A stretch of 60,239 nt of DNA, counting the filler, from Xylographa opegraphella (Eukaryota): assembly GCA_022813865.1 (NCBI GenBank). It is 2 parts of 2 records of this genome, joined end to end, with 100 filler letters (N's around TTAATTAATTAA, not from the genome) between each part and the next. Parts side by side here need not be neighbours in the genome. Positions count along the whole stretch, not along the records: positions 30,469 to 60,239 come from JALDZX010000120.1; 1 more part is not named here. One strand, written 5' to 3'. Position 1 is the first letter of the stretch, and every line of letters starts with the position of its first letter. The notes under the pieces are model-generated. The model was given only the letters and a program-made list of their open reading frames with translations, was not told the origin of the DNA and searched no databases. The position numbers were made by a program, and so were the translations under genes. Of the stretch, positions 39,001 through 53,014 are shown one piece after another.

Positions 39001-40430
39001 AATACTAATCTTTTTATTTACGTAGATATACATTTTTAATAAAACTTTCGAATTATTAATAAAATAAAGCTTATACTTATTCGTATTATATAATTTTATA
39101 GCGTCGGAACAGCGCCCCGGCTTTTATATCGTTAATATATTTATATTTTAATTAAAAAATTATTTAATAACAATAAATAAACTGCGTTTAATCGTTTTTG
39201 CGTATTATTTTATAATATTCGTAAATTTAAATATATATTCATTAGAAGTTCGTAACATTAAAATTTATTTAATTATTTTAATTGTAATTTGTTTTTATTA
39301 TTAACGCTAAAGATACCAATCGCTCGAGTTCTTTCTTTTATATTAATTAAAATAAATTATATTTTATTTTAAATAATTTTGTCGTACTCTCGAAGTCGAG
39401 TTTTCTACGTTTATTTAACGTTACTTATTATTATTAATTCGTAAAATTCGTACTTTCGATTATTTCGCTAATTATAAAATTTCAATTATTAAATTTGGCT
39501 AAATTTGCTCGCGTTATACGTTTATATAATATTTCGTAAAAACTTTTTAATTTATCTTTAAAAATAATATTGACTTATTTTTTATCAAATACGTTTTTAT
39601 TTACGGTTTCTAGCCTTTTTTGCGTGTATTACGCAATATTTAAATCTTTTATTTTTCTATATTTCTTTGCCTCGTAACTGCCTTCGTATTTATAGTAAAA
39701 TAAAACAACTTCACAACCCTTTTTTTATATATTCGTATCTATAGTAGTTATAATATTATAATATTTTTTTAAATATTTGTATTTATATTTATATTTTTAA
39801 TACGATTTCAGTAATTTGTAATTTAATATACGATTAAATATCGCCTCGTTAACTATTTTTATAATAATAAATAAAAAGATTTATTATTTTTAATTATTCT
39901 CTTTAAATTAAATTATTTCAAGAACTTTTAAGCGCGGGTAAAACCTTTCATTCTTTTTCTATAATTCTTTTTCGAGGGTTTTTTGATTCTTGATATTTTT
40001 ATTATTTGAGTTTTATACATTAATACGAAAAACTTGTAATATAAAATATACGCGAACGCGGCGAATTCTTTAATTTCATTTACTTTTTTTAATTTATTTA
40101 ATTTATTTAATTTATTTTTTATATTTACGTTTATCGCGTAAATCGCTACTTATCGCTAAAAGAACGCATAATAAATGTTATTAATCTTTTAATTTTTAAT
40201 TTTTTCAATCTTAAAGGTTATAACAATTAAATCGAGTTTTCAATTTTTATTTAACATTTATCTTTTGCCGCCTTTATTTTTATTATGCTTTATTTTTTTT
40301 TAATTGGAAAAACGATAATCAGGCGTTTATTTTCTATTTTTCTACGATTATATTTATTTAAATAGGTATTTTTCAGCTTAATCGACTTTATTCAATGTTT
40401 AAAATTGTTAATAATGAAAAAATAATATAA
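36060..40430 (-). mobile_element. Second Tad1-like LINE, RIP-degraded
   Basis: Minus-strand KYGAAFAFEKY (HGA.FAPEKY, ~37075), INDVNILAY (VDDVNILAY, ~37170), DKSPG (~37860), endonuclease WGD/WGG motif (~38800). Confidence 0.8.
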
Positions 40431-40431
40431 A

Positions 40432-43400
40432 TGTTACGGGTTCTGGGCTCTGAACTTTAACCTGATATGTGCTTCCCTTTTTATGCTCTGTTTGCATATT
40501 TTAGCATATAGCTGAAGTTTCGTTTCATAATTATAATTCAGTTTTTTTATATTATTATATAATTACAAATTTTACAATCAGGTGTTTACCTAATAAATGG
40601 CAGTATTGTCGATATTATTTAACTATTCGAGACATTAAAAATAGCTCGTTTATTTTATTAACTAAAGAATTTAGCCCTTCAGCGAGTCACTGTTTTTATA
40701 AAACAAATCTAATATTATTTTCGCCACAGAACCTTCAATTTTCTTTTCCTTTTTTTCAATTTATAAATGTTAATATATTTATTTGTTATTTTCTCAATCG
40801 CGTTTTCAATAGGTGACGTGGCCTTCGTATTCTTTCAGGAAAAAAACCCTATTTGTACTACTAAAAATATTTTTAGTAAAACCTTTTATATTCATCGTGA
40901 CCTTTTCGATTGAAAACGCTGCAATAATTCGAGCTTGCTTTCGTTTTTAAAGTTTTTCTCGAAATTAATTATTAACATATTTAATATATTCCTTCTTTTT
41001 TTGGAAATTTCGTTAAATAGATTACGATTATTTATATTCAATTTACTAACTGTTAATTTGATCGTTTTAAATTAATTATTTTATCGACTTATTTCAGGCA
41101 ATACGAACAAGATTCTTCAAATTTTGAATTTACAATCAAAATCAAATAATTAACAAAATAATTTTTAAATTTTAACGTAAAAAAACTTATTAAAATCGTT
41201 ACATATTTATTATTAATATTTTTATAAAAAATTGATATTAAAGGAGTTTTTACTCGAAAATTTTATTTCTATAAATTTTATTACTTTTATCAATAGTCGA
41301 CCAAGTATTTATAACGAAAATTAATTTAAAAAATCGAACGTACTTGAATTTCTTGATGCTTTAAAAGATTAAAAAACAAAAAATATAAACGATAATAATT
41401 AATAAAATATTAAACTTAATAAAATCTAGTAGAAAAGTTTTCAAATATTAATAATTTAATATATATAAATTTTTGCTTTATTAAAATCTCTTGGCCCTCT
41501 CAATTCGTTTCGCTTAATTAATTAAAACGGTCAAAACGATAAAGGCGAAGGTAAAAATTATTAAAAATCGATAAATATTAATTTATTTTACCTAAATATG
41601 CTAATAAATTAAAGCTAAAAAAATTTTAATAATAAAAATTTTAAGAACTACAACAGAAACATTTATAATTTTATAAATTAATTACGTGTCGTAGTAAATA
41701 TTAAAAATATAGCAAAAATATAATAAATTTTAAATACGTACTTTCGTGGCGAGATCGAACTATAATGAAACATTTAATTTTATAAAATTATAAAATTTAA
41801 TTTTATAAATTATTCGAATAATATTAAAGAATTTTATAAAGCTTTTAAACGACGTTTTCGACCGTTATTAAGCGAAACCTTTAATAAATACGTTAATACG
41901 TGTTGTATTATAAAAATTATACGAAATCGGCGAAAACTCGTAAAATATTCTAATATACTTACTGCTACTGCGAAAAAATATAATTTAAACGAAAATAAAT
42001 TTAAACTCGTACTTTAAATTTATATATATATTAATTTACCCTTAAGAAAGTTAATAAATAAATTAAAATATTATTATTATTATATTAATATTTCTTGTAA
42101 CTTTGAAAATGAAGTAAATAAATAAATCAAATAAATATAAACATTTAAATTTTTCGGAGTTAAATAATTAAATCCAGTTTAAATTTAATTTTAAAAATAA
42201 ATAAAATCAAGGCCCTTTTAGTTCTTCGAGAGGTGGTGTTTAAAATAATTCAAAGAATTTTAAATATTCTTGATTGTTTTTTCAAAATTATCCATTTATA
42301 CAATATTTTTTAACCTTTTTTGAAGCTATTTAAGCCGTTTTGTTTTCTTATTTTAACGCTTTTTTATTTGACGCAGTTTAGTAGCCGTGGCAATTATTAC
42401 TATTCATTTAAAGAAATATATTAAGTGCTTGGCCTTAATTTCAGAATTTAAACAACGCGACCGAAAAAACGTCGAAATATCTGACAAAAGAATTATTAAA
42501 TTAAAACGATTATTAAAATGGTTATTAACCCTCGAAGCAGCGACCAATAATTTATTATAATATAAACGCTAAAAATACGAAAAACGTTAAATCGGCAGCA
42601 ATTAATGATAAGAAAAACTTTAATAATAAATAAGTTTAAGCCTATTATAATCAGGATTACTACGAAATTTATTACAGTCAGAGCTATTACAACGTATAAA
42701 ACGAATAATTGTATAATCTTTAAAAGCAAAATTATAATATTTATTTAAATAATATTAAAGTTTTCGTAAAGAATAATAAACCCGCGGTATATTTCGTAAT
42801 ATCGAAATATTAATATAATACGTACGATACGGTATTTAAATCTCGAAATAAATTTCAAATATATTTGGAGAAAAAAATTTCAAACATATTTTTTTTCCTA
42901 AATAAAAAATAGCTAAATCAAAGTTTATAACAGCCGACGATATTATCGTAGCTATTTTTTATATTATAAAATCAAACGCCGTATATTATAGGCGAACGAT
43001 TTAAGCCTTTAAAGACAATATTATATAATAATATAAATAAAGCTTTTGTCGAATATATTTTTATTTAAATATATTTTAATTTAATCTGTACGATAACTAT
43101 AGTCGATCAAGGGTTTTTGTTTAAACAAAATTTAAAAACGAATATTTTAAAAATAAATCCATTATTTATCGTTCAAAAAATCGATATTAATAAATATTAA
43201 ATTAAGAAACATATTTATATAAAGATTTATTATTTCTTTAAAGATTTCGCGGAAAATACGCCCACAATAATTTACATCGTTTAAAAAATATATTTTATAA
43301 AGAATTTTAAAATAAAAGTTTTTATCGAAGTAGATTTTTTTATTTTAAACCTTTTATTTTTAATTTCGCCAAAAAAGCTATTATTAATAATTTTAGAAAC

Positions 43401-46400
43401 ATAATTATTGACATAATTATCACGTTTCGTACCAACGAGAGAATTAAAAAAACTATTTTTACCTCAAAAAGCGTTACGCTCCCGTTTTATGTTAAAACGT
43501 TTATCGTAATTTAATATATCAAAGAATTTTCCCTCGATCGCGATTTTTTTTCGAAATAATATATATAAGATTTTACGTTTATATAATAAATAATATTTTT
43601 TAATTTATAATAATATTACAAAAAACGAACTTTAAAGATTTTATAAAATACGACGTGAGTAAATATTTTTTAATATTTTTGAACGAAATGGATTTAGCGA
43701 TATATTTTAGGAATATTTAAAAATTTCGTAAACTTTTACTTTAATTTTTAATGCCTTCTAGAATAATATACCGTCAAAAAATAAAAAAAATAAAATTATA
43801 ATTTATAATAAAAACTTAGTCGCTGTAGTAGTAATCGCCGAAATAATAAATCATTTTTCAAGGTTATAAATAAAAAATAATAACGTAGTGAATATTTTGA
43901 AAGCAGAGTAAAAAAAAACTATTAATCGACAATTAATAATTAATTTATAAATTAACTTTTAAAATATATTTATTCGGCCTTAAAAACCGCGAGATTATAC
44001 ATATAAAGTAAAATAAATTAATTTTAAAAAATTATATTATTTAACTATTCGTATATTATAATTTCCAAAAAATCAAGGGAATTAAAAAAATCGTGCCGTA
44101 ATTAACATACGATTTGTGAATAAAATTTCAATTTTAAAATTATACTTTATTTTTTTTATAAATAAGAATTATCGCTGCGTTACGCGAAGCAATATATACA
44201 TTAATAATAAATTATAATAAATTTTTTTACTAATAGTAAATTTATGATTTTTACTAAAATCGCCTCGTAGTGGTGTTATACCAAGGATAAAAAATATTTA
44301 AAATTATATTAATAGATTACTGTAACAACCTCGTTTATATATAAAAAAAATTGACAATATTATTAAAAAATATAAAATTTACTGCAAAATACATGTTGAC
44401 GACGCGATAATTTATTTAAATATATTTAAAAAAAATTTATCTATACGTAGTTTTGTCGCATCCGCTCAAGTATAATATATATTTAATTTTAAATAGATTT
44501 TTCCTCAATTATTTGACCGTAAATTTATTAAGCCAGAAGGTTAATACCTTCGATTTCATAATTGCAGAGAATAAACTTAATGTATTTTTATTTTTTATAT
44601 TTTTTATAATATTACGTAAGCTTAAAATATATTTAAAAATAATTAAATTTTTTCGCAACTACGTCGCGAAATATATTTATTCAATGCCGCCCTTAAAGAA
44701 TATAAAAATATTTTTAATCGAAATCTCGCAGAGTATAAAGCTATTGATATATAACGTAAAAAAATGGTAGACAATTTATTCGTCAATAATTTGATTTTCA
44801 CTATATTAAAAAAATTCCAAAAACTTAAAAACGTTTCTAATAATTTATTTATTTTAACGTACTGTAACTTATTTTAATAAATTTCCTACGATATTAATAC
44901 GTTATAGAAACGCGGAATAAAAATTTGTATTTATTATATTAAAAGCATTGACAAACACCGAGATACGTTTACTATTTTATTTTATATTAAATTATTTTTT
45001 TAAAATTATAAACGCTGAGGTCATAAATTTTATTTTTATACTAAAATACTTCGATATTTAGTTTATTATATTCTTAAACAAAGTTTTGATCAACGCAGAA
45101 AAAAAAGTACTAACTTATTAAAATAAAAATATAATATTTAATTTAAATTATTAAAATTTTTTAGTATATATTAAAAGCCGTAGAAAAATCAACCGGGATA
45201 ATGAATATTAACTATTTTGCGATTATTGTTATCGCGATTTAAATTAATTCATCAATTATAAGTATTAAAAATTTTTATCTACGATTTACTAAAGTTTTAA
45301 AATATTTTTAAAGATTTAAATCTATTATTAAATATAAGCCTAGCCGATTTTATATTATATTCAATATTATTTCAAAACTAAACAGCGACGATACGCGCTA
45401 TGATTATAATAATTTTTATAATAAATTCGATTATTTATATAATTATTAAACGATTATAATGAAAATATTATTTAAGTTCAAAGTTAAATTTGTTATTAAA
45501 TAGGAAAACGATATCCGTTGGCGTAAAATCCTTAAGAAAATTTATAAGAATAATATTTTAAATATATACGCGGCATTCCTCTCGTACGAAAAAAATAATA
45601 AATATTTTTATTTAATAAATTTTAATAACAATCAAAAAAGATTGTATATATTGTATAATTTAATAAAAAACGTATTATATATAGCGCACGATTCATACGA
45701 TCATTCTGGGTATTATTATATTTATAAAAGAATTACGACTTTTATATATATTTATTAGTTCAAATATTACTTTAAAATATTTGTTAAAAATTACTAATTG
45801 TACTTTAAAAATTAAATTAAGCGGCATAAATTGTAAAAAGGTTTTTAATTAATTTAAATATTTAATATTTTTCCTATTACGTAACGATAAATTTCATTAT
45901 CGTTCTATCGAAATTATAATAAAAATACGATTGCTATTCTATCGTAACTTATAAAGTTAATAAAAAGTTGATATAATATTAAAAAATTTATTTATACGAC
46001 AGAGAATTAGACTAAAAAAATTGAATATATTTTGAAATCGTCGAATAATTTATCTCAAAAGTTATATTTTTAGAAAAAAAATTCGAAATTTTAAAAACAA
46101 CTTTTTCGAATTTTAAATATAAAATTATTGTATTTTACCGTATATTATTCTCAAATCGATAATTGATTAAAAAAATTAATTACACGGCGGAAATAACTCT
46201 GCGATATATAATCGCAGAATTAAAAATATTTAAAAATTAATTAAATCTTTTGCTAGCCTTACAAACAACGTTTAATAATTTAATAAATTCAATTACTACG
46301 ATATTCGCCAACGAATTTACGTAAAAAATGCATTTCAATTAAAACCTTAATATATTAAATTAAGCGAACCTTTTAATAAATCCTGGCGATAAAAAAGCGG

Positions 46401-47254
46401 TGTACCGCTTTTAGCGATATAAAATAAAAGTTAAAAAAGTAATATTACAATTTTCTTATTACTCGGCGGTTACGCGATAATTCGTTTAAACAAAAAGTAT
46501 AATATTTTTATCGCTTTTGGTAAAAAGCTCTCTTTAATATACAAAAAATTTAAAATCTTTGAAAAGGTAAAATAAATGATATATCGACTCGAGCTCCTTA
46601 TAAAATTGAAAATTTAATTTAATTTTTATAATCGTACAGCTTGGTTTTATACTAAACTCAAAATTCGATTTGAATTATAAATTTATTTTCGACTAATCTG
46701 CGACGATATGTATTAACGATCATAAAAATTAATTTTTTAAATTAAATCGACTGCTAAATAAGCGAAAAAGAATATTTTGAAAAAAATTTATCGTAGGAAA
46801 TTTAGTTAAATAAAAAGGATATGGGGCAGAATATAATGAATGATTAAAAAATTTAGGCGAAGCACAAAAGCTTATTAACGATTATAATAAAATTATCAAA
46901 GAATATATATTCGATGTATTCAATCGGAAACTTTGAAAGTCGATAAAAAAGAAACTACTGAGGTATTAATTTCAGCGAAAAAAACGGTCGTTTAAAAAAT
47001 ATGATTTAAACGTGTTTATATTTTATACGAATTTTGTTCAACGTAAACGCTGAAATTTTTTTTAATTAAGGGATTTATCACGAGTTTTAAATTTTAAACC
47101 TTAATTTGATCTATGTTTCCCTTTTTTGCTTTATTTGTATATTTTACCGAATCATTATATTATATAACTGAATCTTCATTTCATAATTACAATTCAGCTT
47201 TTTCACATCATTATATAATCACAAATTCTGTAGTCGGGCGTTTATTTCATAATA
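40432..47254 (+). mobile_element. Full-length Gypsy/chromovirus family F (LTRs ~40432-40596 and 47076-47254)
   Basis: Paired LTRs, HVDDAIIY at ~44390, integrase ~45880-46300, chromodomain-like LVK*KGYGAEYNE* at ~46800. TSD ATAAA/AAAAA (4/5). Confidence 0.88.
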
Positions 47255-49224
47255 AAAAATCGAAAAAAGTATATTAATTAACAAAAATTGGATTTATAAT
47301 TAACTTTAAAATGATATTTAAATAGTATAGCTATTTTAAGTTCGCTCAAAATATTTACGAAATTTACACATTTTTAAAAAATATAATAACGATTTAATAT
47401 CGAGTTCGACGATTTAAATTATTATTAAACGAGTGCGCAGTACGAGATTTACGTTTAAAAATAACATTGATAAAATGTTTTTTATAATAAAATATTTTAA
47501 AATATTTTAATTATTTTTCGAATTATTTTTAATAAATTATAACAGCTCGAAAATCATGTCATATTTTAATAAAATTATTATTTAACAAAGTTGCTCGCAT
47601 TTGATTACCCCAAGTTTTATAATAATAAAATGATAATTATTCATGAATTTTAATTTTGAAATTTTAAAATTTATTTCTCGAACCGCGAAAGTTACTAAAT
47701 TTATAAATTTTAAAATTCATATATCAATTTACATTTCTAAAACAAAGTTTATCATTACGTCGTAATTAATTAAACAATTGAAAATAATTTGTTGCGTATG
47801 AATTTAAATAATAAAATAATATAAATTAATCCAAATCGTTAAGTATAAATTATTGGAAATTAACAACGTATTGTTTTACGATATTTTTACTTCCGCTGCG
47901 AAACGTTTTTCGCAGTAAAATCGTTTGATTTTATATTATCATTATAAAAAAAATACTCGATAAATTTATAATATTTACATAAATTATTTTTCAATCGATA
48001 ATTACGCTTTATATTTATTGAACGTTTTTGCTTTTAAAGAGGCTATTTGCTTAATAAAATAGTATTAATATTTGAAATATTTGAAATATTATTATTACAT
48101 TTATTATGAAATTTCGAGCGGCGATCAAGATATTAATATATATAAAATTATTAAAATAATTTCGATAACAAAAACATTTTTTTACGAGAGCGATTAAATT
48201 AATAAATTAATTAATATAAATACGTAGGGCAGCGTAATCGCGACGATGAATATACATTTATAAATTAAAAATGTGGTTTTTTTCCTTAAAAAGGTTTATT
48301 TTATATAACCATTAAATAAATTCCTCGATGGATCGATTAAAATCGATATAACAAAAGTGTATGAATATCATTATTAACGTTTTACAATCGATTCGTTTTT
48401 TACATTTTTAAACGCGTATAATACCCGAGTTTTATTTAATTAAAATATATATAAATCTTGTTTAAAATTATTTTTTATATTTATTAATCAAAATCTCGAA
48501 TCTTTAATTTCATTATAAATTAAAAATTATTTTAACGGAAATCTAAAAACGTCGTTACCTTTTGACTTGCTGTACGATAATAATATTTAAAATTTTATAT
48601 TAATAAAATAGTAATAAGTTTAACAAAACTTTCGATAGTTTCTGATTTTATGATAATTATATTTAAATAATTAAAGCTTTAATATTTATAAATTTAGTTT
48701 AAATTTCCTTTAAAAACTGTCGCGAAAACATTCGTAAAATATCAAGAAAAAGAATTTAAATATATTATATAATTATATTTTATTATTTATTAAAATATTT
48801 TTAATTTTCCCGATTATATAATACATAATATTTTGAATCGAGTATAATTTAAATCATTTTCGCGAAGCGCGAGTTCTCGAGTACGTATTAATAACGTATA
48901 TTTTTATACAAATAAATATTTATCAAGGTTCGATAATATAAACTCGTTAATATATAACGATTATATATATATATACGTATTACAGGCAGACGACTTTTTT
49001 AATTAAATTTTAATTAAATTTTTTAAATAATATTAATAGTATTTGCACGCGTAATTTAAATAAATAAATATTTTAATTTTCTTTAAAATATTTAATTTAT
49101 CGCTATTATTATGAAATTTATAAATATCGATCGAGTTTAAATTTAAAAAGCTTTTAAATATAATCGTAACATGTCGAGCAAGTTTTTATTAATACGGTTT
49201 TTCGACTGAAAAATCGTTTTATAA

Positions 49225-49424
49225 AGTTGAAATGAATGGGTGGAATCAGTATGGTGGAACCAGTGCTTCATTGAACTACCTGTCAAGATGCGTAAGAAGG
49301 TTGCTTTCTTCTTAAGGAAGAAAGCTCCCTTATATACGGNTACGCTAGTCTAGAAGCAGGTTAGCGTCTATATTGCCTGCAGGCAACATAGAGGGCATTC
49401 TGCCAGGCAACGCTATTTCCAACA
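49225..49424 (-). mobile_element. Solo Copia-type LTR family G (200 bp)
   Basis: AGTTG...CCAACA termini, TSD TATAA, absent from the homologous E site at ~29760. Second copy at 55736. Confidence 0.85.
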
Positions 49425-50223
49425 TATAATATATTTATTTTATTATCGATTATAAAGTCGAGTATAGTTGTTTTATTTACGTTTATTTAAAAAATAGTAG
49501 TAGTTTAAACACGTATTAATAATAATATTATACGAGGTAAGCGTAAGCGATAAAACGAAAGGGAACAAAAAGGTAAAAAAAATTAAAATACGCTTGCTTG
49601 CTCGAGCGATTATTATAAATAATTTTAATATATAGAATACAAAATTTTAAACTTAAGGTACAAAACGTATTTAATTTCATAAACTGAAATTAAAGAGTAA
49701 AGTCTTAAACCGTAGATTTTAATTATATATATTAAACTTCCTAAATGGGAAGCCACGCCCAGGATGCGAGCAGGTAGAAATCACGCTTAAAATACAGGCA
49801 GGTAAACAGGCCAACAGGTCGAACGCCACTCGAGGCCGGCAGGTCAAACGCTATTCTGAACCCTGTATTTTAATGCTGCATCTTGAGCGAGAGGTCCCCT
49901 CGCGCTGGATCACCTGGTTGATTTTGTAATCAAGCGCTCATATTATAATTGAATATAAAATAAATATTTGCATTTCCTGGAATTAAAAAATAACAAAATT
50001 TTATATTTTAAATTTGCGATACGAGTTTATTGTTATGATTTTATTTTTATCTTTATTATGATAACATATTTTTTATATGAATAATAACGTTTTTGGCATT
50101 CGTATTGATTTGTATTGTGGTGGTTTCTGCTATAAAACACTCCCTGCACCTCTTTCAGATCAAGAGTATTGCTTTATGGGACAGGCTGATCAAAATCCAT
50201 TATTGACTGTAATTACTCGTTGA

Positions 50224-50927
50224 TCAGGCTGCGTTCTCCCTCCTCCTTGCCAACCCAACCCTTCCCGCTTGCTCGATCGCAAGCTGCACCTCAACAAGCC
50301 TTCCGATGCCTTTCTTCCATTCTTCGCATAGACCATCCATTTCTCTTTTGACTCCCTCCTGGGTGAACTGCCTGATTTGACCCACCTCTCCGATCTGCTC
50401 CTTCGTCTCAAGAAGCTTCCTCTCAATTTCCTTGAGAATACCCTCCAGTTGAGCATTGCCGATCAACCAAGCGTTTTTGCCAAATTGATTTAGGAGCATA
50501 AGATTCTGTAGTCGCGTCTGTAAATGAACAGAAGATGCGTAAGAATCCTGAAATTTAGTTTTCCACGCTTCCAAGAACTCAGGGTTGGTTTCATCGGATG
50601 TCGTTCCACTGGTAGCTGGAGCTTCATGAATTTCGTAGCGACCGACGTTGATCACTGCTAAGCATTGTTTGCCAGCGACACGCTCAATTTCGACGTCGTT
50701 CAAAGAGAGCTTGGGCGAAGGGAGAGCAGGGAGTAAAGGATGTAATGTGCAGGCGTAGGTTTCGGGGAGCTCTTTGGCGAGAAGGGCATAGACTTCAGTA
50801 CGCGCTTGTGCAGAGATATCAAGATCGATGTCTAATACCATCATAATGAGCAAGTTTGATTCAATAACAGGAACAACAAGATGATCTTACAAGGTAAAAA
50901 GTCATAAATCACTCGAACAATAAACAT
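50224..50927 (-). CDS. SPF27: Pre-mRNA splicing factor SPF27/BCAS2 (Cwf7-like), 2 exons: 50927-50891 and 50831-50224, ~214 aa
   Basis: A 59-nt GT..AG intron (50890-50832) restores the D.LPYID motif. NL.LL..FGKNAWL.GN.QLE and the C-terminal coiled coil are typical of the BCAS2 family. Confidence 0.9.
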
Positions 50928-50939
50928 TGTACTCAACAG

Positions 50940-53010
50940 GAATTTGAAAGTTTACTGTCGACAATATATTCGAAGTAAGTTCAATAAAATTAGTTCTTGA
51001 GAAATTAAAATCGACAAATAATATAACTCGATTTCAAAAATTTACAAATTCAAAAATTTTAACTATTTGAAAAATAATTATTTATTCATAAAAAGGCCAA
51101 ATAATAAAATAATAAAATTCTATCGAAAAAAACTGATTCATATTTTTAAAATTCACGAATCGTTTAAAATAACGTTGTATTCAATCTTTTAAATATTTTA
51201 TATATTTAACAATTTAATTTTAATTTAAATACATTTATTATTTTAATTTTACTTTCAATATATTTAACATTTCAATTTTAATTTCAACCTTTTTAGCAAA
51301 TATTATATATAATTAAATTACGTTTCGAGTTGAAATAAATGAATGAAATCAATATAAAGAAATTAATATTTCTTTGAATCATTTATTAAAATGCATAAAA
51401 AATTGTTTTTTTCTTAAGGAAAAAACTTTTTGATACATAATTATATTGATTTAAAAGTAAATTAACGTTTATATTATTTTTAAATAATATAAAAAATGTT
51501 TTGCTAAATAAGGTTATTTTTAATATTTTTACTCGATATTTATTAAATCGCTAATTTTTATTACTTTTGAAATTTAATTAAATAATAATAAAATTTTTAA
51601 ATTTAAGTTTAAATAGTAAATTAATTAATTCGTCTGCGATTATATTTTACGTAAATACGAAATTATTTTAATTTTAATTTTTAGTGGGTTTTTTAAAATA
51701 AAATAATAAATAACGTTAATATACTTTAATTTTTATAGTTATAAACGTTTTTAATTAAAGTTAATAATACTTGATTATTTTTTAACTATATTAACGAGTT
51801 TTACATATTGATTATTTTTGATAATATTAACATTATTGAAATTAATATTTAATTATTTACTGTAATCGAAATATTTAAATAATTAAATAGTTTAAAGTTT
51901 TTTTCGCGCAGCTCGACAGAGCTATATATTTAATTTTTATAATTAAAATAAATATTGATTTTTATGTTGAATTTATTTAAATAATTAATTTTTCGTTAAA
52001 TATATATATATATATATATATTTAAAAATAAATTTTCGATTCTGTTTATTTATCGCGTTATTAAAATCGAAATAATTAATAAAATTCAATTTTTTATTAT
52101 TTTTATAAATTACTTCAAGATTAATCGTTAATCGAATTTAATAGAATAAAATTTTTGATACGCGGCCGTAATATTTGATAAAATTATTAAAATATTAATT
52201 AAATTTTTTAAAGTAAAAACGATTTTAAATCGCGTATATATAATCGCGTGTATTAAACTTTGAATTACATATTAATATTTACGTTAATTAATTTTTTTAT
52301 TTTTAAAATCGATTAATCGAAGCGAGTCGTAATTATTTATTAAAACTTTTACTATTTTGTATTTATTAATCTCCATATATAATTTTACGAAAACTTTTTT
52401 TAAATAACAAATTTACTTTAAATAAATTGAACGAGTTTTATTATTGCGCGTAATTTAAATATCGATAATTTTTTTTATTTTTCTTAAATTTTTAACTTTA
52501 AATCTTTTTATCAATTTAGTTTTAAATTAATTAAATTTAATTAAACGCGATATTGCGATATTAATATCGTTTATATATATAAATAAATAATATTTGTTTT
52601 AAATCAAATTAATAAGTAAAATTTATCGTTATGTTGTTGAAAATTGATTTATTCCAGATTTCCAATCCAGCGTTTATATTAATTACGAATTATTTACTTA
52701 ATTATAAAAATTATTTAAAATTTTTGAATAGTAATTTGATCTAGTTTTAATCTTCGGTAAAATTATATATAAATCTTTTGTTTAAAAAAATTAATAAAGA
52801 ATTAATTAATGTTTATTTAATTGTATTTTAATTTTTATAACAATTAACGCAAAAAAACGAAATATATTATATTTTATTATTAAAATGAAAGTATTTTCAT
52901 AATTTATATCATATTTTAACAAGAATTTTTTTATTATAATATAAACTTTAAATTTATTCAATAAATTATTAGCGTAAAATTTCGATTTAAATATTTATTT
53001 ATTATAACGA
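50940..53010. mobile_element. Unclassified RIP-degraded repeat DNA
   Basis: Extreme AT content with residual CpG; no motif recognised. Confidence 0.5.
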
Positions 53011-53014
53011 TAGT

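Larger units (their letters stand above)
31239..49873 (-). mobile_element. Family E Gypsy element expanded by nested insertions (3' LTR 31239-31484; 5' LTR 49633-49873)
   Basis: TSD TGCTG at 31234-31238 and 49874-49878. Internal remnants 31485-31920 match 24442-25020, and 47830-49632 match 28250-29963. Confidence 0.8.

Noticed and set aside
1103..44770. Short I/K/N/F/Y-rich ORFs in the AT-rich region
   Set aside because: They are chance or residual frames in RIP-mutated TEs. A few (21259, 22936, 23133, 27364, 44453) were used only as evidence for Gypsy pol relics.
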